Shown here piece by piece: positions 37,175 through 48,153 of a DNA stretch of 51,736 bases. This DNA is from Reclinomonas americana ATCC 50394 (Eukaryota). Location of the stretch: NCBI GenBank assembly GCA_048213135.1, contig PS015261.1, positions 38,905 through 90,640 of the forward strand. The letters run 5' to 3'. Below the pieces are notes generated by a model. That model did not search any database, had not been told where the DNA came from, and saw only the letters and a program-made list of their open reading frames with translations. Positions within the stretch are counted from its first letter, which is position 1. Every line of letters begins with the position of its first letter. A program made the translations under genes and the position numbers.

Positions 37175-40100
37175 TCACTCCCGATTGCTGTACATCGGGA
37201 GGAAGTGCATGTTGGACGTAATGTCCTCGTCATCCTCGTCGTAGTGGTCGTCGTAGTAGCCGAACTGATCATAGTGACTGTCGTCGTCGTCGTCGTCATC
37301 GTCGTCGTCGAGGTAGTCCCCGTCACCATCTTCCACCATATAGTCGAGATCATGTGGTTGCTCGAGAGGCACGGTTCTGATCAGCATCTTGGGACGGCCT
37401 TGTGCCGGTGCCCATGCAGCTGCCGTGTAGACGTGCATGCCGCTGCCGTCGCCTGACATGGAGCCCTCCAGGTCCTCGAGGGAGTCCACCGAGGGTGCTG
37501 TGCGCGGGAAGGAGTGGGAAGGAGGAGAAGGAGGAGGGGAAGGAGGGGGAAGGAGGGGAAGGAGGGGGAAGGAGGAGAAGGAGGAGGGAAAGAGGGGAAG
37601 GAGGGAAAGAGAGGAAGGGGGGAAGAGAGGGGAAGGGTGGGGGGAAGGGTGAGGGGAAGGGTGAGGGGAAGGGAGGGGGAAGGAGGGAAAGGAGGGGAAG
37701 GAGGGGAAGGAGGGGGACGGAGAAGGGGGAAGGAGAAGGGGCAAGGAGGGGGAAGGGGGGAAGGAGAGGGGAGGAGGGGAAAGAGGGAGAAGGAAGGGAA
37801 GGGGGAGGAGGGGGAAGGGGGGAAGGAGGGGGAAGGAGGGGAAGAGAAGGGGGAACGATAGGGAAGGAGGGGAAGGAGGGGGAAGGAGGAGGAAGAGCGG
37901 GGGAAGAGAAGGGGAAGAGAGGGTGAAGAGAGGGGGAAGGAAGGCAGACGGAAGGAGAAGGAGGTGGCAGGAGGGCGAAGGAGGACAATAGAAGAGAGGG
38001 GAAAGAGACGGAAGAGGGGAGAAGACGAGTAAGCAAGGTCACGTCTTGGTGGTATCCACGCAAAGAGACGCAACGACGATATTCGTCATCCGCTTGGCCA
38101 GCATCATATCGCAGCTGTGCCTCCAACTCGTACGGAGCGCCCACCACGGCATGGCGCAGGGCGAGATACTGGAGCAGTTCGCTCCAGCACGGATCCTGTC
38201 GCAGAAGCCAACCGTTGCCGACGACAATCACCAAATGCTTGGCACTGCGTGCAGTCAGTATTGATGACCAGCAGCAACGACGACAAACGAATGCAGTCGC
38301 CAACGAACCGCGTGATGGCCACATTGAAGCGTTTGGGATTCTTCACAAAGCCGAGCCGGAACTTCTGGTCCACTGTGGCCACCAACTCTGGCTGCGACCG
38401 CACCGTCGACACAATGATAATCGATCGTTCCTGTCCCTGGAACTCTTCTGCGTGGGCGCACTCGTTTCAATGACAACGCCATCACATGTTACACCTCAGC
38501 AGCACTCACTCACCCACACTGCCGACTTTTGGACGCCCAAAGTGCGGTTGGTTGTACACATACTCACGCAGCTTCTGGCATTGTCGGCTGTAGGGCGACA
38601 CAATGCCAACGTCCTCCTCCATGTTGACGTCGCCGCGCATAGCGAGAGCCTCAAGGTACTCGATCACAGCGTTGACTTCGTGGGGATTGTACCACGATGG
38701 ACTGCACACGAAAGAAGTTTGTGAGAGAGATGAGAATCAAGCAGGGCGTGCTGTCGGTGGGGGCATACCTCGTGGCGTCTCGGTTCTCCTGACCGTCGAC
38801 ATGGCGGAAAATCATCGGCACGTCACCGTTCGGAAGCTGCTCCCAGCCAATGAACTTGTCAGTGGCCGCCGGTGGCAGTGAAGCGACGAGCTGCAGAGCG
38901 ATGAAAAATCAGTATTGGGGAGCATGTGAGCGTCATCCTCGTGAGAACACGCACCGTATTGTTGTAAAAGAGGCGCGACGACACGGCGATAATGTCTGGG
39001 TGCGACCGATAGTTGTCGGTGAGGCGCACAATGAGGCTGCTGTTGAACCAGCCGCGTGGATCCACGGCTTGGTACAGCGGGTTGGATTCCACCAGTCGCT
39101 CCAACAGGCTGACACCGTGGTTACCACGCAATGCCAGCGAGGAGTGGATAACGGGTCCTGTGGAGAATGTATGTTGAGTTTTGCAATCACTTACTGAAAG
39201 CATCGTCCTGTTTATCAACACGTACCTAGCTGCTTGGGATCGCCGCCAATCAAGACACGCAGTGGGTGGCGTCGAGAATTGTCATGTGCCGTGTGCAACA
39301 CTGCCATGAGCGGCAGCAGCATTTCGGCCTCGGTGGCGAATCCGTTCTGCGTGAGTGGGCAGAGAGGATTGTCAACAAAGAGGGCATGCAAGAGACACAG
39401 AAGTCCAAACGCACTTCATCAAAGATCAGGTGCGTGAAGCGATCCATGTCGATGCCAATGGATCGCAAGTTGACTGTGTTTCCCCATGACGAAGTCAGCT
39501 TCTCAATGACAAGGCGCACGCTTGGTAGCATTTGCGACTCACATGCGTTTGTGCTGGTGCTGACAATGACTTCGGCATTGTTGATATCTACCACTGGTGG
39601 GATGTAGCACTCGTCGCCCACCACGCGCGAAAACTGCCGCACAACGTCACTCATGTCGGTGGCGAGAGCCGAACGGGATCTGCGCAAGCTTGCAGATGAA
39701 CTTTGTTGCATTTTCTTGGCGACAAAGCAGTGTGGGGGACGCAACACGGCATTGAATCGAAGCAGGCGATTGTGGTTGTGTGGATCGCGGAAGTATTCGC
39801 TCTCCGCAAGCCGCTCAAGCAGCTGGTCGGCGGCACTGAAGGAAGACAGCTGGTGTTTGGAGGAGAAGAAGAAGAAGGAAACATGGATTCGTCGATGGTG
39901 GCCGTACCTATTGGAGGGTGCCACCGCCAAGATGACAACGCCGTCCTCGGGTTTGCGCGGACCACACACGAGCTGCAGAATGATTTCAACGAATACCGAT
40001 GTCTTGCCAGTGCCTGCACACACGAGACGCACAAGCGATTGAGCGAGGATCGGTTGGTTGCCATAGCAGCAACAGACGAGAGAACCTGGTGGACCCCACA

Positions 40101-43036
40101 GAATGAACGGTGTCATGGGCGACTCTGTGTATGTGCAAGTGTGAGTGCAGCGCGCGCATGCGATAGCTTCCATGAGATATTCTCACCGTCGGCTAGAGGC
40201 TGCGTGGCGCTGTCGATGGCTTGTGCTTGCACTGCATTCGGTACGTACCGACCAAAGTACTCGGTCAATTCAGGCAACTGTGCATGCTTTAGTGAGTGAA
40301 GATCCGAAGTGAAGTAGGGAGTGAACAGTGCACCACACCTGTGCACACCACAGCGGTGGCGCATTAGGAAACACAACGGACGAGAGTCTTGCTCGACCCG
40401 CCGGCGTGGTGCGCACATGCTGGAACAGCTTGCAGCTTTCGTACACACTGTGTGGAGAGGCAGGTGAGACTCATGGTGAAGCCAAGAGAGCAGCACTAGC
40501 CACGAACCGTCGAAAGTTGATACGACTCTGCGTGAATTGCACAGTGTACGGCAGAGAGTTGTCAAAAGTGCGCGTGGTCTCGAACAGCACCAAGACGTCC
40601 TTCAGTCGCACAGTGTGCACTCGACCAGACCACACCGAGTCGGAGAGGTGAGCGTGTGCCAGCACAATGTCGCCGCGCACCACAGATGGTCGACCCTCCT
40701 CGAGACCCGGCACCAGCAACGAGTACAAATCCGTGCCGCGAAAGTTCACCTTCCGGAAGGTGACCTGGTCACCAGGGAGGCGGGTTAGTGCAGGGAACCA
40801 AAGAAAGCGACGATAACACGCCAACTGACATGGCTCTGCGTGTACGACAAAAGCTCCTCGCGCTCCGTAATCTCCTCGAATCGCGTCAAGTCGCGCAGTC
40901 GGTCGGCGTAGGCGTCGGCATTTAGGCCGCGGTGCACTGTGTCGGGAGTCAATATCGGCGGATGGAGGAATGAAAACTCATCCACGTCGACGCAACTCAA
41001 TTTGTCCAGTGCTTGCGCTGGTCGAAAGTCGCGCGGAATGCGGTGCTCACCCACAGGAAACACATGCGGCACCTTGCCATACAGTCTGTCCGCCACCACC
41101 ATCACGAAACAAGGTTGAGCTGGGACCAAAGAGCAATACATGGGGGAATTAGCACGCACCCGCATCGCGGCAAGGTCGGTGCCGGAAGCACGTGGCGGTG
41201 GTGGCTCAAGTCGCGGTGAGCGCGAAAGACCACATGGCCGCGGACGGTGATCTTCTGGTTGTTGTTGTCTGGGTCTCGGAACACGAACAGGATCTCGCGC
41301 TCCATGTCGACCGCTGGTTTTGTGCATATTCATCAGCGCGAATGCAACTTGACACAGCAGCAGATCACTTGCTGCTACTCACCGAGTGGATGCAACACAA
41401 GCTTGACAACGACAAAGTGATCGGGCTCAATCACCACATTGTTGGTGAACAGGGCATGCGTGGTCGCATGGCGGAGCTCGGTGCGGATTCGCTGTGGAAG
41501 GATGAGGAGCAGCACTTTGGAAAACTGGAACAGAATAGAAATACACACCGGTCGCAGTTCCACGGCCTCCAGTTCCACCCAGCGGCGTCGGCTATTGCCG
41601 ACAGCTGCTGTAACGTCAACAGGGCGCGCAATCGCCGGAAGTGTGCCGTCTCGCACGGCAGCCAGTTCAATGGTCAGCGCGTTCCCACTGAATGCGGTGG
41701 ACGGATCGCGGTTGGGGAACACCTCCATTCCGTACTGAACTGGTACAGGACCTCGAGGGCGGGCCGGTGGTGGTGGTGGTGGTGGTGGTGCGGCGATCTG
41801 AGGCGGTGGGGGTGGTGGCGGAGGTGGTGGTGGTGGAGGTGGTGGGGGAGGATTCTCTACAAGTGCAGTGTTAGAGATAGGGAGAGGAAGAGAGAGGGAG
41901 GTGGAGGGAGAAAGAGAGAGGGAGGTGGAGGAAGTAGAAGAGTGGAGAGAGATGAGGCAGAAAGAGAGGTGGAGAGAAAGAGTGGTGGAGGAAGGCAGAA
42001 TAAAAGAGAGGTGGAAGGACTGCAAAAGGGAGAGACAGAGATATGGAGACAGAAATGAAAGAAAGGGAAGTGGATGGAGAAAGAGAGAAAGAGAGGTGGA
42101 GGAGGAGAGGTGGAGGACGTGGAAGACAGAGGGGGAGAGAAATGAGCAACAGAGATGTCTGCGGAGAAAAATGAGCTCGAGAGAAAGAGATGTGGAGGAA
42201 GACAGAGAGGCAGAGAGGTGGAAGGATTGCAAGAGGGATAGGGAGAGAGATGGAGACAGAAATGGAAGAAAGGGAGGTGGAGAGAAACAGAAAATGGGAG
42301 GCGGAGGAAGAGGAAGGGAGAGAGGGGGAGAGAGGGGGAGAGGAGAAATGAGAGACGGAAAGGTTGAGGGAGAAAGAGAAAATGGGAGGCGGAGTAAGAG
42401 GGATAAGGAGAGATGGAGAGAAATGAGACAAAGAAAGGGAGTTGGACGGAGAAACAGAGAAGAGAGAAAGAGGAAAGGCACCGACGTGGTTGCGCACTCT
42501 GTTGCACTTTACCAACCAAATCGAACGAGGCGCACAAGCTGCTCGTGTGCATCGTAATGCAGATCCACCAAGCCGGCATTGTGTGCCGCGATCAGCAGCT
42601 GACGCAGCTGTCCGCTAGGCCGTTCTGGCATGCGGCTGCCGACTGACGACCAGCGGACCCAGCCACCAGCATCGTCAGTGGGCTGCTGCTTCTCGACGCC
42701 GCCGGCATCGGCAATCGCCGCCAACAGCGCGAAGAACTTGCTGCTGGGGTACGCAATGTTGGCGCCCTTGCGAACATGCAACAAGCGATACTTGTTGCTC
42801 AGCGCATACAAGAGGTCGCGGAGATGGCCGCAAGTGTATCCTTGGTCACGAAAATGTGCAATCCGTCGCTGCACGGGCGCAGCTGGTGAGAAGAAGCGAA
42901 AGCTGTTGAATCCCACTCCCCCTACACACACCTCATAGTCGACGCGAAGAGCTGGCAGACTGACTTCCTCGTCGAACTCACGCTCCGCATACGACAGAGA
43001 GCACAGCCAGGCAAAGAAGCGCAGCGCGTCTGTCAT
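37175..43036 (-). CDS. MOV10: MOV10/Armitage/SDE3-like SF1B RNA helicase with two N-terminal LOTUS/OST-HTH-like domains
   Basis: [114 protein letters not shown]. Confidence 0.93.
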
Positions 43037-43286
43037 GGTGTCACCACGCTAGCAGTTGGCGGGAAAGAGACTGTGCGGGTCAGGTGAGTAACGAGAGGCC
43101 ACCATGGCACTTAAGCAGTGAGACTCGGTAGTCACTCACTCAGTCTCTCACTTCTCGCAAAATGATGCAAATGCAAGTAAGAAACGGTCGACTTTGTTCG
43201 AATCGGTGCCAGCACTATATATTGCAGGTACTAATCGCAGCATTTTTTCTCTATCGTGTGGCAAAAAAAGCAGTGACCTCACTCAC

Positions 43287-45276
43287 TCACTCCCGTGCAA
43301 CAATGGGGATGAGGGCCATATTGTCGGCATTGTCCTCATCATCGTCGTCAACATCATCACCGTCACCCTCGCCATCGCTCGGCACTCCGTCGTCTCCGTT
43401 CACTGCGCGCACAAGTTAGCTGTGCAAGCAACAAGCCGGTCGCAGTACTGCAAACACACCATGTTCAATCCGACTGTCGTGATCGAGGCGGTCGAGCAAC
43501 TCGCGAGGCGCGTCCACTAGCGCATGCTGGCGGTGCAAGAACAGCAGCAGCTCGCTCCAGCATGCGTCCTGGCGCAGCAGCCAGCCGTTGCCGACCACAA
43601 TCACCAGGTGCTTGGCACTGCAACAATACTCAAGCTTATGAGTGGCAACACTACTCAAAAAGGAAGCAATCCTACGAACCGAGTGATGGCCACATTGAAG
43701 CGCTTCGGGCTCTTGACAAAGCCGAGCTTGAACTTCTGGTCCGCAGTCGACACCAACTCTGGCTGCGATCGCACCGTCGACACGATGATGATGGACCGCT
43801 CTTGTCCCTGGAACTCCTCTGTGCGAGTCACACAAGGCGCGTCAGCAAGCACAACGAACTGGTCACATTGGATTGCGTACGCACCCACACTGCCGATCTT
43901 TGGCCGGCCGTAGCGCGGAATGTTGTACACGCGCTCACGCAGCTTCTGGCACTGCCGACTGTACGGCGAAATAATGCCGACATCGTTGTCCATGTCGACA
44001 TCCCCGCGCGCGTACAGCATTTCGAGGCAGTCGAGCACCACAAGCAGTTCTTCGATGTTGTACCAGGATGGGCTGCGGGCGGAGTCATGAGCACGGAAGT
44101 GGTGGGAAAACTATTGTACCCATGCTTGGCACACCTTGAGGCATCGCGGTTCTCCTGCCCATCAACGTGGTGGAACAGAAGTGGCACATCGCGGTTCGGC
44201 AATTGATTCCAGCCGACAAACTTGTGCGTCGACTCCACCGGCAGCACGGCTTGGAGCTGCAGCATACTTCAGAATCAAAAACGACAAGATGCACAATCAT
44301 ATGTGCACACACACACCGTGCGACTGTAGAAGAGCTGCGACGGTATCGCCACAATGTCGGGATGCGAGCGATAGTTGTCGGTGAGACGCACAATCAGTCT
44401 CTCGTCCAGCTCTCCCAGTTCACTCTCCTGGTACAGCGGGCAGGATTTGGTGAGGCGCTCCAGCATGCTGATGTCGTGGCCGGCACGCAGTGCGAGGGGT
44501 GAGTGGACGACGGGTCCTGGGGAGAGGGAGAGGGAGAGGGTGAGGCGAACGGTGAAGGGAAGGGAGGGAGGAGGGGAGAGACGGGAGGGAGAGGATTGAG
44601 GAGAGACAGAGAGTGAGAGAGGAAATGGGATAGACAAGTCAGAGTGGAGAGATCGAGAGACACACAGACAGCGAATGAGAGTTGGCTGTAGGGAACCCGT
44701 AAGTGCGTGCGAGTCTTTCAGTCCGTCTGTCTTTGTCTCTCTCTCTCCGTGGAACGAAAGACAGAAACTAGCGGAGACTCACACGACCAAGAGAGAGCGA
44801 TAGAACGAGAGTGAGGTACATGGACACCTACCGAGCTGTTTCGGATCACCACCGAGAATGATACGCAGTGGGGGGGAACGCGAATCGGCGGTGCGTGTGC
44901 GCAGGAGTGTCATCAGAGGCAGGAGAGTGTCGGACTCGGTGGCAAATCCACTCTGGTCGTGTTCACAAGAGTAAGGAAGCTGCTGATGACGGCCCGTGAC
45001 GAAAATCACAAACCTCGTCAAGAATCACATGCGTGAAGCGCGAGGTATTGGCTCCCACGGCCCACAGTGTCTCTACGTCGCACTCGATCATCAGTTAACA
45101 GCCGAGAGTCGTGAAAAACAGATGCGTCGTACTCACGTGCGTTGACATTCGTGCAGACCAACACCTGAGCGTGGTCAATTTCGGCCACGGTGGGGATGAA
45201 GCATTCGCCATCTTGCACACAGGAGTGCACGCGAACGATGTCGCTCATGTCAGTTTCTCGCTCAGCCTTGCGAGAG
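43287..45276 (-). CDS. Second MOV10-like helicase paralog, motifs II-VI only (no Walker A upstream)
   Basis: Same intron positions and motifs as the adjacent copy ([42 protein letters not shown]); frame intact; ends NMALIPIVARE*. Confidence 0.88.
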
Positions 45277-45531
45277 CTGCGGGGGATGAGAGGTATGAGG
45301 AAGGAGGGGGAAGGAGGGGGAAGGAGGGGGAAGGAGGGGAAAGGAGGACGGGAAGGAGGGGAAGGAGAAGGGGAAGGGAGGAGGGGAAGGAGGGGAAGGA
45401 GGGGGAAGGAGGGGAAGGAGGGGAAGGAGGGGAAGGAGGGGGAAGGAGGGAGACAGAGAGAGAGAGAGAACAGGGGATTCAGCAACACGACAGATCTCAG
45501 TGCAAGCGAGTGACCACATTGTTGACGCAAC

Positions 45532-46211
45532 GCCGCATTCTGGTTGAAAAAGGCATAATCAAACGAGTGCGTGCACGCATTGTGGTCGACCTCGCGGGCG
45601 AAAATCCCCAGCAGCATCACCGGCACATCGTCGACACTGCGCCGCGCATGCAGATACTCGTTCACCGAGCGCACCAATGCTCGCTCCTGCAACGACGGCC
45701 GCGCCGAGGTACCTCGTCGGAACCGGAAGAAGCCAATCACTCGCTGCGTGCGACATTCAGCGCAACAACGGAGACGGAGAAGAAGATAAGGTGACAGCAA
45801 AAGGAGACCTTGTCCTTGGGGCACTGTGCCAGATGTCGTTCGAATGCGTCCGTGTCCAGCGCAGCACTTGAGCCGTAAAAGCTGTGCAGTGGGCCCGTCG
45901 GCATAATGCCCTCGATGCCTGTGACGAGAAGGAGAGAGGACAAGGAGAAGGGAGTGAATGAGAGGGCAGGATGAGAAGGAGGAGGAGGGAGGAGAAGGAG
46001 GATGAGGTAAAAGAATGAGATAGTGAGAGAGTGAGGCAAAGGGAAGAGGGAGAGAGAAGGAGAGTCGGGAGAGCAAGGAGAGACAACTTGCAGAGATGAG
46101 TGACTGACCGACTTTGATGATATCTGCCGTGTGTCGCGAGTCGGAAAAGTCGGCGCGCTCTGTCGACGTGTGATAGCACGCGGAACCAATCAACAATCCC
46201 TCCTGCAAAAG

Positions 46212-46243
<32 letters not shown>

Positions 46244-46355
46244 AGAAAAGAGTGAGGAATTCATCCGCTGACAACAACAACAACAAGAGAAGAAACGCAA
46301 CAAAGTCGTCATTGTCGGAGGCGCACTCAAACAACAGCGTGGCCAGACTCGGCCC

Positions 46356-46390
<35 letters not shown>

Positions 46391-46587
46391 GCGTGTGTGT
46401 GTGTGAGTATCAACACAACATGGCGCTGCCCACAACACGCCCCAACAACAGCACACACAAGAGCACAAGGAGAGAGAGAGAGTGTGTGTATGCGTGTGGA
46501 AGAGAGAGAGAGAGAGTGCGTGTGTGTGTGTGGACGGACAACATGGCGCGCGCGCACTTGCAACACAACAGAACAGCAGAAGACACA

Positions 46588-46627
<40 letters not shown>

Positions 46628-46657
46628 CATACCATACACGACCACGTCCAAGCTCAT
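45532..46657 (-). CDS. ABRAXAS: Abraxas/ABRO1 (FAM175) MPN-minus domain (exons 46657-46633, 46354-46302, 46202-46109, 45918-45809, 45743-45532)
   Basis: Spliced product has GPSLATLLF...DFEGLLIG...FSDS...LHSFY...VIGFFRFRRGT...SLQE...THSFDYAFF, matching ABRO1 EGFLLG / SFY / VIGWYRFRRNT / THALEYVLF. Confidence 0.88.
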
Positions 46658-46755
46658 TGCACACAAAACGCAGGAACGACGACAAGGTCAGTATCGGAAT
46701 TTTCATCTCCAGCTTCGTTGCTCAGTCTTACACTCACACAGTGTTTCGTGCAACG

Positions 46756-47024
46756 ATGAAGGTGAGCGCGCGCGTGTGTGTGTTTGAGGAAGAGAAAGCG
46801 CACACAGCACGCCGGTGTGCAAAAACAGTGAGAAAGTGCGTGACATGGCGCTGACATGGCTCTTTGTGTGTGTTTAGAGTGTTTTGTTTGTGATTGTTGT
46901 TGTTGTGGTGGCGTGTGCGAGCGTGGCTGTGGCGGCGACTCCGAGTCGACCGGCGTGCTTCAAGCGGCCGGAACATGAGGTGCCGACGCATGTGCTGTCG
47001 CCGGAGCCGCATACGTACTTGCAG
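46756..47024 (+). CDS. N-terminus of a probable cathepsin X/Z-like papain protease (remainder in gap)
   Basis: ATGAAG|GTGAGC then a signal peptide and short propeptide ACFKR...VLSPEPHTYLQ resembling cathepsin X CYR...PRPHEYL; catalytic domain not visible. Confidence 0.6.
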
Positions 47025-48153
47025 GTGTGTGTGTGTGTGTGTGAGAGAGAGGGAGGAGGAGNNNNNNNNNNNNNNNNNNNNNNNNNNNNNNNNNNNNNNN
47101 NNNNNNNNNNNNNNNNNNNNNNNNNNNNNNNNNNNNNNNNNNNNNNNNNNNNNNNNNNNNNNNNNNNNNNNNNNNNNNNNNNNNNNNNNNNNNNNNNNNN
47201 NNNNNNNNNNNNNNNNNNNNNNNNNNNNNNNNNNNNNNNNNNNNNNNNNNNNNNNNNNNNNNNNNNNNNNNNNNNNNNNNNNNNNNNNNNNNNNNNNNNN
47301 NNNNNNNNNNNNNNNNNNNNNNNNNNNNNNNNNNNNNNNNNNNNNNNNNNNNNNNNNNNNNNNNNNNNNNNNNNNNNNNNNNNNNNNNNNNNNNNNNNNN
47401 NNNNNNNNNNNNNNNNNNNNNNNNNNNNNNNNNNNNNNNNNNNNNNNNNNNNNNNNNNNNNNNNNNNNNNNNNNNNNNNNNNNNNNNNNNNNNNNNNNNN
47501 NNNNNNNNNNNNNNNNNNNNNNNNNNNNNNNNNNNNNNNNNNNNNNNNNNNNNNNNNNNNNNNNNNNNNNNNNNNNNNNNNNNNNNNNNNNNNNNNNNNN
47601 NNNNNNNNNNNNNNNNNNNNNNNNNNNNNNNNNNNNNNNNNNNNNNNNNNNNNNNNNNNNNNNNNNNNNNNNNNNNNNNNNNNNNNNNNNNNNNNNNNNN
47701 NNNNNNNNNNNNNNNNNNNNNNNNNNNNNNNNNNNNNNNNNNNNNNNNNNNNNNNNNNNNNNNNNNNNNNNNNNNNNNNNNNNNNNNNNNNNNNNNNNNN
47801 NNNNNNNNNNNNNNNNNNNNNNNNNNNNNNNNNNNNNNNNCTCCTTCCCCTCTCTCTTCTCTGCTGTCTTCTTCTTCTTATTCTTCTTCTTCTTCTTCTC
47901 TTTCATGATCTGCTTGTTCTTCTCCTTCTTCTCCTTCTTCTTGTTCTTCTCCTCCTCCTCCTCCTCCTCCTCCTCCTCCTCCTCCTCTTCCTCCTCCTTC
48001 TTCTTCTCCTCCTCCTCCTCCTCCTCCTCTCTTCTTCATCCCCCTCTCTCACTGTCTCTCTCCTCTATCGCTTCTTCTACCTGCTCCTCCTCCTTTGCCC
48101 TCCCACCCCCCACCCCTCCCATCACTCACCATCCTATCCCCGTTTTCTCACAG

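Noticed and set aside
42509-42516. TAA ending ORF 42509-43036, suggesting a separate small gene or stop-codon reassignment
   Set aside because: The stop lies inside an intron starting GTTGGT at 42516. TAA, TAG and TGA all end genes normally here, so there is no evidence of a variant genetic code.
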